Assembly: GCA_010356995.1 (NCBI GenBank)
Contig: ML996692.1
Coordinates: forward strand, 693,933 to 757,932
Reading direction: 5' to 3'
DNA from: Trichodelitschia bisporula
Taxonomy: Eukaryota
DNA: 64,000 nt
The stretch's first letter is position 1. Each line of letters opens with the position of its first letter. The notes beneath the pieces are model-generated. The model made no database searches. It had not been told where the DNA came from and was given only the letters and a program-made list of their open reading frames with translations. Below, in pieces: positions 11,562 to 22,250 of the stretch. Both the position numbers and the translations under genes were made by a program.

Positions 11562-14500
11562 GCCGGTATCAATCTCCTCGTATGCTATTGTGGAATCCAT
11601 GTTAGTTTCCGTCGGTTGAATATACGACATGTACGGTGGTGCGATTTGCGCGTGGTGTGGTTGTGGAGTGGGGGTGAAAGTTTGTGGTTTGCGTTTGTGG
11701 GAAAGTATGTGTGTGCAGGTTGTGTGTGTGCGATGGCGGGAAGGCGTGGGACTGTGCGAGGGGGGAGGAAGGGGTGGATGAGGGTCTCGCCAGCCACGCC
11801 GCCCTAGCAAGTTAAAGTGCACAAAGCTCTGCACTTCCGGACCTGGGCGAAGGGAACACGGCTAGGTGCGCGAAGAGCCTTCCTTGCAAACGCAACAGAC
11901 AGGAGAGCGCATATAAATTTTGGGAGGGATGTGGGGTGGGGAGGGGTGTTAGGAGGGTAAGGGCAGCCAACAAAGCGGAGGATTCAAAAGGGTGGCGGTA
12001 CCTCCCGACATCTGCGAACAGAGAACCTCCGATTTTCCGGAATCCTTTTCTTCGCAGCAGGAAGATGCTTGATCAGCGCAAACGCGGCCTGGCGAACCCG
12101 GAAGCTTCAAAAGACGGGCGAGAGAGGGGCGAGTGGATTGGGGCGAGCCGACGGGAGGGGGGGGAGGGGGGTGTGGGTTGGTGTTGGTGAATTTGAAGGG
12201 GGAGAGGTGGGCGGATGGGTGGATGAGAACCAGAAAGCGAACTTACACAATACAACAACAGCTTTCAAACAGCTCAACTCCTTGAACCGACTTTCCGACA
12301 CAGACCTATCCGACCCTCAGCTTCGCAACGCTTCCGACCCACCGAAACACACCTTTCCAACAACCGAAGGAAGGAGAACCGAAAAGGGACGAGAAGGACG
12401 AAGTGCGATGCAGTGATGAGGTTGCGGGAGAAAAAGCAGGACGAGTGGAGGTGACGGTGTGGTTTTGCACGGGGCAATTTTGCTGCAGTTTTTTTTGGGA
12501 TGGGGGGGCCTTTCCCTGGTCACTCGATCTGGCCGAAGGGCGTTGACTGCGGGCGCTCTGCAGCAAAGTCGCTTCCTTTTTGCTTCCTTTTTCCTGATGT
12601 CGTTGCTCAGAAAGGTAAGTCGCTCATTACCCTGCAGGAAACTTCGAAAAGAGAGTGAGAGAGTGAGAGGGGCGTGCAGTTTGCAGTGGTTCTTCTCTTC
12701 AGACTTGTCGATATTCTTTCTTGATATCCTCAAAATTTGGTGAATGGCCCGTAATCATCCGTATGTCTCTTCACCGCTTCACTTCACTCGCTCGCTTGCC
12801 ACCATTGATTTACATTCCTCCGCTATTCGCCTCCCCGCCTTCGAAAATGAACCGTAAAGAGAACATAAGACGATGGCACGGACCCCCTTCAACTGCTTCA
12901 GCAGAGCGAAGGTGGGCGCACGGTGGCACGGACTTTATCCCACTAACCGAGCAGGGGAAGGTGAGGAGGACGGGGGAATATGCAAGGCCGTCAGGCATTC
13001 AAACCTTTCTTAACGAAAATTTCTCATTTGCTTTCAACTCGAGTCGTAAATGGACCAATTACGGACGTTGAACGCCGCATTTCTACCCCTCCATCGCCAA
13101 TCTCACCAAGTCTGTCGAGACATGACACCGCAGCGAGCCAAACCCGCCCGCAGAAATGCTGCATAAAAGCCCTCCCAACATCTTGCCTTTCCCCTCCCTT
13201 CATCTCAAATGCCTGCACCACTCCCCCTACCACATGCTAACCTAACCTGCAACTCAGCAATGGTGCGGCGCGCGCGCTACCGCCCTGGCTGCAGAATGGG
13301 CCTTGGGGTCTGCGGGAACACAGACACGTTTCGTTTGGCCGAGGATAGCTACGTAGTACTGCGTACTGGTAGCCTTCTTTGACCTACCTGGCGATTCGGA
13401 TTGGAGGATCGGCTCGGCATCCAATTGCGTCTCTCGGCCTTTTATTGTTCGCCTTCAGCTCTGCGGCTACGATGATGCATCATAAATGGACGGCCTCTGC
13501 CGAGGAAATGCACTCCCCGCATGAGATTGGGTTTGATGGCAGTACGGTAACCTGTAAGCAAGTCTGTCTCCGCCGCTCATTGCATTCCAGACGGATTGTG
13601 CCACACCATTTTCCTGTCTCACGGCAACGGCTCGCCCCGACCCCAGCTCCAAAGGCAGCCAACGGCGACATGAATGCGTCGGCCGACGGCGAGCGAGACT
13701 GACATACAGTAAAAACTGGGCCCACGCGGCACCCCGTCCCAGGTTAGCTCCCGGCAGCCTCATGAGCGGTCACGAGGCTACAGCTGCTGCATACAGGGCG
13801 CCCGCTCGGCAGCAGTCGGCTGCGAAACCATGTTGCGTGAGCTACGTACCGCCGAAGACCTGCATCGACGGCACAAGCCGCAGGCACCGCAATCCACCGC
13901 AAATTTGGAATGAAGTCCCCGCAGTGTCCAACTGCTGCGTATTCCATGCCTCCAATCGCTTCAGCGCATCCAACAGTAACGATGGGCGAGGTTCAACCGC
14001 CCATGAGTTCGTGCCCATGTGCGGAGGACGTTTGCATCCATAGAGTAACCAGATCCGAGTTCCAAGCCACATTACCTCCCCAGCATGATTTCCCAGGAGA
14101 TTTGCCGATGATGGGATTCGGGATTCGAACCCCACCATTCACCGTTCGCGTCCAGGATGATCTCTGAAGGTCCTGGCTGAACGCGGGGGTGGAGGCTGAT
14201 CGCGGGGTCGTGCGGGGCGAGCCACTTACTGTACCTTTCCACGGTCGACTGCCGATGCACAATGCATTCCAGCCGCGCTTTCCAGTCTCATAATTAATGG
14301 CCAGGGCGCGTGGGCCCCCGTTCGCCATTGCTGCCCATCCCCCGGGTTTTCCGCTGCGCGCTGCAATTTAAATCGCAGCCCAGCTCGCGACTCGACTTCT
14401 GCTGGGCTGCGGTCGTGTCTGGCCTCCTATCTCCAGTTCCGGCTTCACCCAACACCCCCTTGCTGCATGCGGCGATCGGGATGGGCGTAATCAATTCAAC

Positions 14501-14773
14501 CATTCCAACAACCTATCTAGCTGCAGGCGAGCCCTATATCCGTACTGCGAACGTCACTGGCTGTCAAAAGCTACCCTTATGTGGGGAGCTATTATCTCTC
14601 GCACAAGGGGACGGCGAAAGCGGCGATCACCTACTGCTATTCCCACTCGCAACCAGAATTGAACTTTTGTTTAACGGCTGAAGCCGCTCCAGCAATGCTG
14701 TCTATGCTGTCTACTCTGTCGTACAAACTAAATGGGAGTGAGAGTGATGGTGCTCTCCAACCATTGCGGCGGT

Positions 14774-16452
14774 TTAAATATCCTTTTCAATGACAGCAGG
14801 CGCCTTGATCTTTTTGCCGCTGATGAATTCGAGGCCCTCTCCTCCCTGTCTTAACGTCAGCATCGACTCTCATGTTAGGATGGAACGTTTCATACGTAGC
14901 TGATCAATGGTGACACTTCAACTCCGGTCTTGTTGCCATCATCCTCGACTACACAGCCTGCAGCTTCGATCCACTTCCTGCCCTGGTCCATGATATCGCG
15001 GCGGCTGGTATCGGGATCGTCCTCGCCAGTGCCTGTATCCATATGTCAGCTATGTTTGCAACACTAACGAGATAGCCGCGTTTACCTGGGGCATTTTTGA
15101 GAGGCGAAAACTCATCCTCCCTCCGCACTTCCATGCACGCGAACTTGTCCATGGTCAAGAAGGGGAAGCAGTCAAACACAAACTGCTCCATTTTGATGCC
15201 ATTAGGCTTCTCCGGCTTTACTGTCTGACCCGACTCTGTATCGCAATAAGGAATCTTCTTGCGAGCAACGTGATGCGGAAGACGATTGCTCCATTGGGGA
15301 ATACTTTCGAGGAAACCATACGAGTAGTAGTGGTTGACGATGTTGGCGGCCCTGAACTTGAGCAGGTCGGGGTTGGTGGAGTCTTTGGCTTCGGCAGTGG
15401 CGCTGTCGATCTCGGAGTATTCCACAACGTCGGGCTTGCCGTTCTTTTGCAAGATCAGGCCAACGGACTCCTTTGCATTGCGTTTGCGAACCACCTTGGT
15501 GGCTATGTCCACCGACTTCGATGCGGAGAAGCCGATGAAGGTGGGGTCAGCCACCCGGACCAGGCAGTTGTCTACGCAGTACGCATGGATATGCTTGATG
15601 CCACGCTTCTCCATGTCTGCCACTGCCCCAGAGGTAATCAACGCCTGGTATATGCCGCCATTGCCATCAGGAGCGACAGCGACCTGATGTTATCAGTAAC
15701 CTGGACGGACAGGTGCGGGCCGGGTCGCTGGCTCGTACCTTCGACTTGTTCTCCAGCAAGATCTTGCCGTCATTGGATATGCACGGCAGTACACCCTGCT
15801 CAAAGATGAAGACATTCTCCTTCTTCAACCCAAAATACCCATTTTTCTCGAAAAACTCCTCTGTGGGCACGCGCGTAGGGCCACTGGTCATGACGTACCA
15901 CGGCACCACCACATCATCCTCAGACCTCTCCGCCTTCTTCGCTCCCAACCGCTGCACCTTGAGTATCCGCTCGCCCTGTAACTGGAACAGAGACTTCTTA
16001 CTCGGCAGTCCGATGTCGTAGCAACCCTTAGGGGCCGAGCTGCCCAGTCTTGTGCCCTGCCCGCCCGCCATGAGCACCACGCCCACCGTGTTGGCTGCGA
16101 TCAGGTCGAGACCTGCCTCATACCAGCTCTTGAGGTCGGTATCCTTGGAGTCGAGCACGGATGACGTAGCCGACGTCGGGAGCGGTTCGAGGGTCGGGGT
16201 GGCGGCCGCAGCGGTCTCGGGCGGATTGAGGACCTTCTTCACCAGGGTGTTGATGTGGGCAGGGTCAATGGTAGAGAGTTGCACGTAGAGCGCTACCTTT
16301 TCAGCATCGTTTAGGTTATCGAAGAAGGAGAATACATGACCCTGGCCCGCATCGTCGTAAGTCTTGCGTAGAGCTTGGACGTCTTCCGAGCTGGGAGGGG
16401 TCGTCTTGGGCCTGGAGACGTATTGCCCGACGGCTTGCTTGACTTTATCCAT
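14774..16452 (-). CDS. UAP1: UDP-N-acetylglucosamine pyrophosphorylase, 3 introns
   Basis: [66 protein letters not shown]. Confidence 0.97.
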
Positions 16453-16934
16453 GGTGATGAGTGTGGAAAGATATTCTAAGTGCCGGAGAGGAGGGAATGA
16501 AGACGACGTGGAGACGGGGAAGCTGGAGGTGGGGCGGGGAAAGTGGGGCGGGGAGCTGTTTTAGCTGCGAGTGAGCTGACTGCTGCTTTCCTATGTACGT
16601 ATATTGAGCTTTTTGGGTCTGCGCTGGGCGTACGTGCTGACAGGACTCGAGCAGCCAATCGCTGGTGAATAAAGGACACCGCTCCTATGTAGTCGACGGC
16701 TATTTGCAGATTTCATGTTTAACCTCAGCCGCACAGATCACCCGAAACCCTGCAGTACCTTCCTTCACCCAACCTTCTTCAGGAAGAAGAGTTGCCTCCT
16801 GAGACTTCTAGGACGAATGAGGGGACTCAAGCGACTTCAGGCCATAGATAGAGTTCATCGAGTAATGGGACCGAACGCTAAACCTGGTATGGTGTGATAT
16901 CAACCTCTGGAAGGCGACGGTAGGATGTTCCAGC

Positions 16935-18062
16935 TCAGGTCATACCAGGTCTATATAACCAGTCCAACTCCCGGAATTTCACTTCAAAGTCCACCCCACC
17001 GAAAACACCCACCGCAGCAAACATATCACTTTCACCTTCGAGTCCGTGAATGTCACTGTCCGCCACATCTTTCTCTTCGTGAAGATCCCACCCTCCAACT
17101 CGGCTTCCATCGCGCGTGAAAAAGACTTCAACGTCCAAGGGACGCCGTGTTGATCCATATTCAGGTGGCAGGTGAGGAACCCGGAAGGTCATACCCAATC
17201 CCAACGTCTCACCCACACGGAAAGGTTCCGTAAAATCGTTCCCGCCGTCCGTATCGCAGACGTAGCGCCGTCCGTCGTCCGAGTGGACGCCTAGACTACC
17301 GCGCTGCCAGCCCGGAAGCCGGAAAGGCGGGTACGGCGGGGCAAAGAAGCCGAGTGCTATACCGGCATCAATGGTCGCGGATTCATCATGATGGGCAAGA
17401 TGGCCCAATATGCCGGATTTCTTCCAGTTGGAAGTGCCATTCCGGCCGATACCGAGAATTTTGAGCTCAAAGTAGATGGTCTTAGGAACTTCGGTTGCCA
17501 GCGGTGAATCAGCCAAGGCAGAATACAGAGGTAGATCGGTATGTAGGAGGGCATCCGGGCAGCGCGCCCAAGTGCGACACTTCCAGATCCCGGGACTTGG
17601 GTCGTCGGGCAGCAAGTCCCCGACATAGTACGGGCTCTTGATGATAGTGAACCTGTGGGTGTGGATGGCGTTGAGTTGTTCCCAGGAGAGCTGCTGTGCC
17701 CCCCAGATTGGATTGCTGGCACACCACTGCTTTGCGCGCACGGCATCTTCTTCAGATGCGTTCGCAGCTGGCGAGTAGTCGTGAGATAGGACGGGTGGTG
17801 GAGGGAGGAGAGCGGTGTCAGGAATCACAGTCCAGTCATGATAAGGTGGTGGAGCTTCGGGCAAACCAGGAGGAGGGCCCGGAGGCGGTTCATACTGTTG
17901 GTTAGGTGGAGGGCCGGGAGGGGGCTGGTATTGTTGACTGGGAAGAGGACCTGGAGGTGATTGATATTGTTGACTGCTTGACTGCGAGCCATAGGACGGG
18001 GGTGGCCCGGGTGGGGGTGCAAAGCCTTGGTTTGACTTGGATAATTTGGAAAACAGCCCCAT
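16935..18062 (-). CDS. SPRY-domain protein (Ssh4/Ear1-like) with proline-rich, PY-motif N-terminus
   Basis: Intronless 375-aa ORF with TIYFELKI, YPPFRLPGWQRGSLGVHSDDGRRY and VFFTRDG (SPRY signature); N-terminal PPPGPPP repeats, PPSY and PPPY. Confidence 0.85.
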   Translation of the reverse strand: MGLFSKLSKSNQGFAPPPGPPPSYGSQSSSQQYQSPPGPLPSQQYQPPPGPPPNQQYEPPPGPPPGLPEAPPPYHDWTVIPDTALLPPPPVLSHDYSPAANASEEDAVRAKQWCASNPIWGAQQLSWEQLNAIHTHRFTIIKSPYYVGDLLPDDPSPGIWKCRTWARCPDALLHTDLPLYSALADSPLATEVPKTIYFELKILGIGRNGTSNWKKSGILGHLAHHDESATIDAGIALGFFAPPYPPFRLPGWQRGSLGVHSDDGRRYVCDTDGGNDFTEPFRVGETLGLGMTFRVPHLPPEYGSTRRPLDVEVFFTRDGSRVGGWDLHEEKDVADSDIHGLEGESDMFAAVGVFGGVDFEVKFRELDWLYRPGMT

Positions 18063-18440
18063 GACGGAGAGGTCGAGATGTACTGCGAGGCGAATGTGTT
18101 GTTGTGGTACGTTAACGTATCTATGTGATGGATGTAGGGTGATGACAGGACGTCACCAAAAGTTGGCGGAAGGTGAGGTCCGTGGCTGGTCGTCCAGACC
18201 CCGCGTGCAGACGTCAGCACCAATGATGCACCGCCTTCAGAAATCCACTCACGCCCGCCTGCAGTCAGGCGTCCAATATCGCTGAAGAGATTCGGACTCC
18301 AATCACGTTCAGTAGCCACTCACATGGAAGCGAACATTTAACCTTCCCTAGCCTACATGCGTATTTGACTTCACTGACTTTCAAGGAGTATCCGACTGCC
18401 TCCATAAACCGTTTGCTGTATAACAATCTCAACATCGCTA

Positions 18441-19789
18441 CTAAGAATTCCATTTGACCTTCGGCTTGAACCACTTCAGAACGTAAACCAATGCAACAAG
18501 CACTGGGACCTCTATCAAAGGTCCCACAGTGCTGGCTAGGGCTTGACCGCTTCCGGCACCGTAAACAGCGACAACGACGGCAATTGCAAGTTCGAAGTTG
18601 TTGCTGGCCGCCGTGAAGCTTTGAGTACAGGTATGCTTGTACGAAAAACCAAGCTTCCATGCAATGAATACCGTCACGCTAAATATGACGAAGAAGTAAA
18701 CCAGCAAAGGCGCACAGACTCGAAGAACAGATGTGATCTGCTTGACGACGTGAGCGCCTTGGGAGGCGAAAAGCACAATGATGGTGTAGAGGAGGCCGAC
18801 CAAGGACAGTGGGCTGATGAAGCGGATGAAGTAGCACTGATACCTGTGGTCGCCGATACACGATCGAAGCACCAGGCGTGTGATGATCGCGGCTCCTAGT
18901 GGAATTCCTATCGACGCGTAAGCATGTTCCGACCATCGGATGGGGAACAAACCAAGGAATACAGCCACACTAGTTGCTACTTTGCTGTAGCTTACGTGAA
19001 TATCGTTGCTCGAATGACTGACAATCTTGATGTAGAAGACGGCGAAGGGTGCAAACAGGACAATTTGAAGGATAGAGTTGAAAGCCACAAGTACAGCGCA
19101 GTACTCGGCATCCCCGTTGGCAAGCTCATTCCACACCAGCACCATTGCGATACAACGCGCAATGCCGACAAATATCAACCCTTCTCGAAGGTCTTGTCGA
19201 TCGGGCAGGAATGCCCAGGCCAACCCGACCATGAAGAGCGGGGCGACGATCCAGTTCGCCACGAAGGAGAAGATAATCTGCTTCCACAGACCCTTTTCCT
19301 GCAGGAGGAGATGCAATGTCTCATAGCGTACCTTGCAGAGAATCGGGTACATCATGAATAGGAGGCCAACCGCTAGAAGAGACATCAGCCGGAATCAAGC
19401 CCGTCGACGAGGTTGCTTACCGATCGGCACACTCACTCCAACGAAGGTTCCTTTTTGCAAAGTTGGTCCTGTCGAAGGGACGGTGTTGCCCAATACAATG
19501 CCGATGGCCATGGCCACGATGATCCAGACAACCAGGAAACGATCAAGAAACGACAAACCTCTGAGAGGCGGAATCTCGCTGCTCTGCGGACTGGAGCCTA
19601 CGGCCAATGAGTCAAGCGTACGATAATGATAAGACGTGCCAGAGCCATACCTTCAGACGAAGTGATCTTGGAGCCATGTTCCAGGTCTTTTCTCAACGAC
19701 GAATCTGCGCCTCTTCCATCCAACTCACCTCTCTTTTCCACCACCGGATCAACCGAATGGCTCGTCGGAAGGCTGTTGTCTCGTTCCAT
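18441..19789 (-). CDS. ACR3: Arsenite efflux transporter, Acr3 family, 3 introns
   Basis: LSFLDRFLVVWII, VSVPIAVGLLFMMYPILCKV, GIARCIAMVLVW (conserved Cys), SFTAASNNFELAIAV, TVGPLIEVPVL. Confidence 0.96.
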
Positions 19790-20474
19790 GATATCATGGA
19801 TTCAGTCCAGCGCTTTTCATTCGAGATGCGTTATCCCGAGGAGATTTATATATGCCAAGCTGGTTGCCATGATAGGATAAATGCTTGTCACAAATTGGTG
19901 CTGATTGGTCGAGAGGGCGACCCTCTTTTTCAGAGACGCCACCCGCTGTGGCTGATCCACGGGTTTCCTTGTTGCCAGCATACAGTACAATCCGAGTGGA
20001 GGCCGAGATCAAACTTGAGGTGTGAACTGCATCCATCCCGTAAGGTTGGATGCCGCCATTGCCGATCGTCGGAAGAAGTTTCTGTGAAATATGGTAAGTT
20101 TGAGACAATGGCTTCTACTCCAATTAAGCACTCCAACTCGCCCCCGTTGCACTACATCCGCTCGCAGGTTCCGGGTAGTAAATTTCTCACCCATAGGAAG
20201 CTTCGTACGCGCTCAATTGTGATGTCAAATGGTCGTGACCCATTTCCCCTTCCCGACCTGTCTCGGAGAGGTGTACGCGCTCAGCGGCGGTACGACCACA
20301 GATCAAGGGCCGGCATCATGTCCGGAGCCGACCGCACTTTTATTCCGATTGGATTCAATTGGTTGTTGTTTTCGAACTACAGACCTCGCCAGCTCCCAGA
20401 TCAAAGTTCTACGGTGCAAAGTACGGAGTACATCCGTACATGTGACCGTGACGACACGGCTCAGGTACCCCTCG

Positions 20475-22250
20475 ACTTATCTCAGAGGCGAGGGTGAGGC
20501 GTCCGCAAACGCCGCGTCCGTGAGTCGCTATCGTCACCTTACCGTTGCGGGGCGCAGGTTGACGCCCCATATGCCGTGCGACCAAAATAACGCGGACAAG
20601 GAACGCACGACAGGACTCTCTTCGTGGCTATTCCTTTCAAGTCTGCCTTGTACAATGTAATTTGAAGAGAGTGTACCACCGTGTTTCGCAAGATTGAAGG
20701 TCGAAGTTCATGATGTCGGATAGTTCGCACCCTACGTCCCCGGACCTCCCACATCTGACCGGGCATGGTATGAGGCGTCTGTGGCTTCAAGGTTTCCACA
20801 TGACGGTTTTTGCTCCCCTTTTTCCGCAGCCGTCGTACTTTTGGGACCTCCGGAACCTGCGCCTTCTTGATTAGGCCCCTTCTCGAGACATGAAGGCTTG
20901 GATCCCGTGCGACAATTGGCCTGCGTGTCACAAACGTCGTCGCCGCCATGTGCAAGCCGCTCGCCTGCGGGTGTCGCGTCTGTGCCCCATGCTAGTTGCG
21001 ACGTCGAGCCGTGCCTTACAAGCTTCGCATAAAGGGGATTGAATTTGCAATGCGATGTCCTTGCTGCATACAATCAATGCTGCGGTTTAAAGGAGTTGAC
21101 GAGTCCAAGGCGCAGACTGGAAGATGTTGTCCCTATCCTGGTTGCGGTGTATCCCGTGCGGCTCAGCAATGAAATGTCGAAAGCAATCCTACGCAACGTA
21201 CAGTACTCTCGCGTCGCAGGGGACGTCGAGGCTGTCCTCGGCATATCGGCTAGGAGCGGTCAGATGAATCTTCGAGGCCAATTGAAAATCCAATGCAGCC
21301 AAGCCGCACGAGAGCACTAGTTCTAGGATTTTATACCGTTTTCCATTCGAGCGGCTGAGGGGTCTTTGACCCCGCACTCGAACTTAACTTCTGCGGGGGT
21401 AGACGCGCAGCGGGCCAGGAGGACTTGGTTTTGTGTAACTTTGCCGATAGTCTTCCTCCGAACAGCGAGACCTCGCCAATATGCCGAGCTGTTTCTGTCC
21501 TCGACGTGCAGTAATAAGAGACTGACATGTGGCTTCGTACGGATTCCGAAGATCGACGCGGTGCATAGGTGCCGGCGTTGTCATCTGCTGTTCTGGTCTT
21601 CTTCTTCCGCAACATTTTGATAGACACCGCTGTCGGTAGTCTTTTCCTCCACCAGACACCTGATCCACCTTCGCGCCCGGTTGATTAAGGAATATGTTTT
21701 GGCCCCTCTTCAGAACCCGACCCCAGTCGAAAATTGATATCACAAACAATAACGGTCATCATCGGCGAGAAGGGCTTTGACTTGTACTTTGTAGACTTTT
21801 GAGCCGCGGGTGCCGTGCCCAGTGGCGGCGTGTATGTACTCCGTACGTAGTACTTCGCAATCCGTAGTGTGGGATGAAGGTATCCACACAACCGGATTAG
21901 GACTGGTGCTAAACGCGGCGGCGCGGCGGAACAGGGCTGTGGGTCCACGCCGTTTGAGCGGAAGGGCGGGAGAGCCGGAGCGCGAGCGCACGCTTGGAAC
22001 ATGATCGGATTAGGGTTCAGATGTCGGGAAGCCAGGCGGGGTTTCTCGCTTCATGATGGAGCTTTTGTGCCCCATCACCGTCCGTTTCTCAACTTCAACC
22101 AGTGGTTTGAATCCAGACCGCATCTGCGGGTTGAGCTTGACTCCATCCACGGCGCTTAATCAAGCGCGCTCTATTGGCCAGTGCTTGGGGAGGGGGCTGA
22201 ACAACTGCGCGATCCTGTCCCTCTAGTGCGCCTCCGCAGACACAGGGGGC
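20475..22250 (-). ncRNA. Speculative telomerase RNA candidate; boundaries are approximate
   Basis: Template-like AACCCUAA, a flanking long-range helix, a pseudoknot-like pairing, an Sm-like site and AUAAGU in the expected order (see findings). Not confirmed. Confidence 0.2.

Noticed and set aside
12412..12597. Plus-strand GTGATGA...CTGA as a box C/D snoRNA
   Set aside because: Poor terminal stem, long spacing, no guide seen, and probably antisense to the GIS2 leader or promoter.
14121..14134. GGTTCGAATCC (tRNA T-loop/B-box) on the minus strand
   Set aside because: No cloverleaf, a mismatched T-stem and no properly spaced A-box; at most an isolated TFIIIC site.
19607..20497. 296-aa plus-strand ORF
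   Set aside because: Overlaps the ACR3 first exon antisense; random-like composition.
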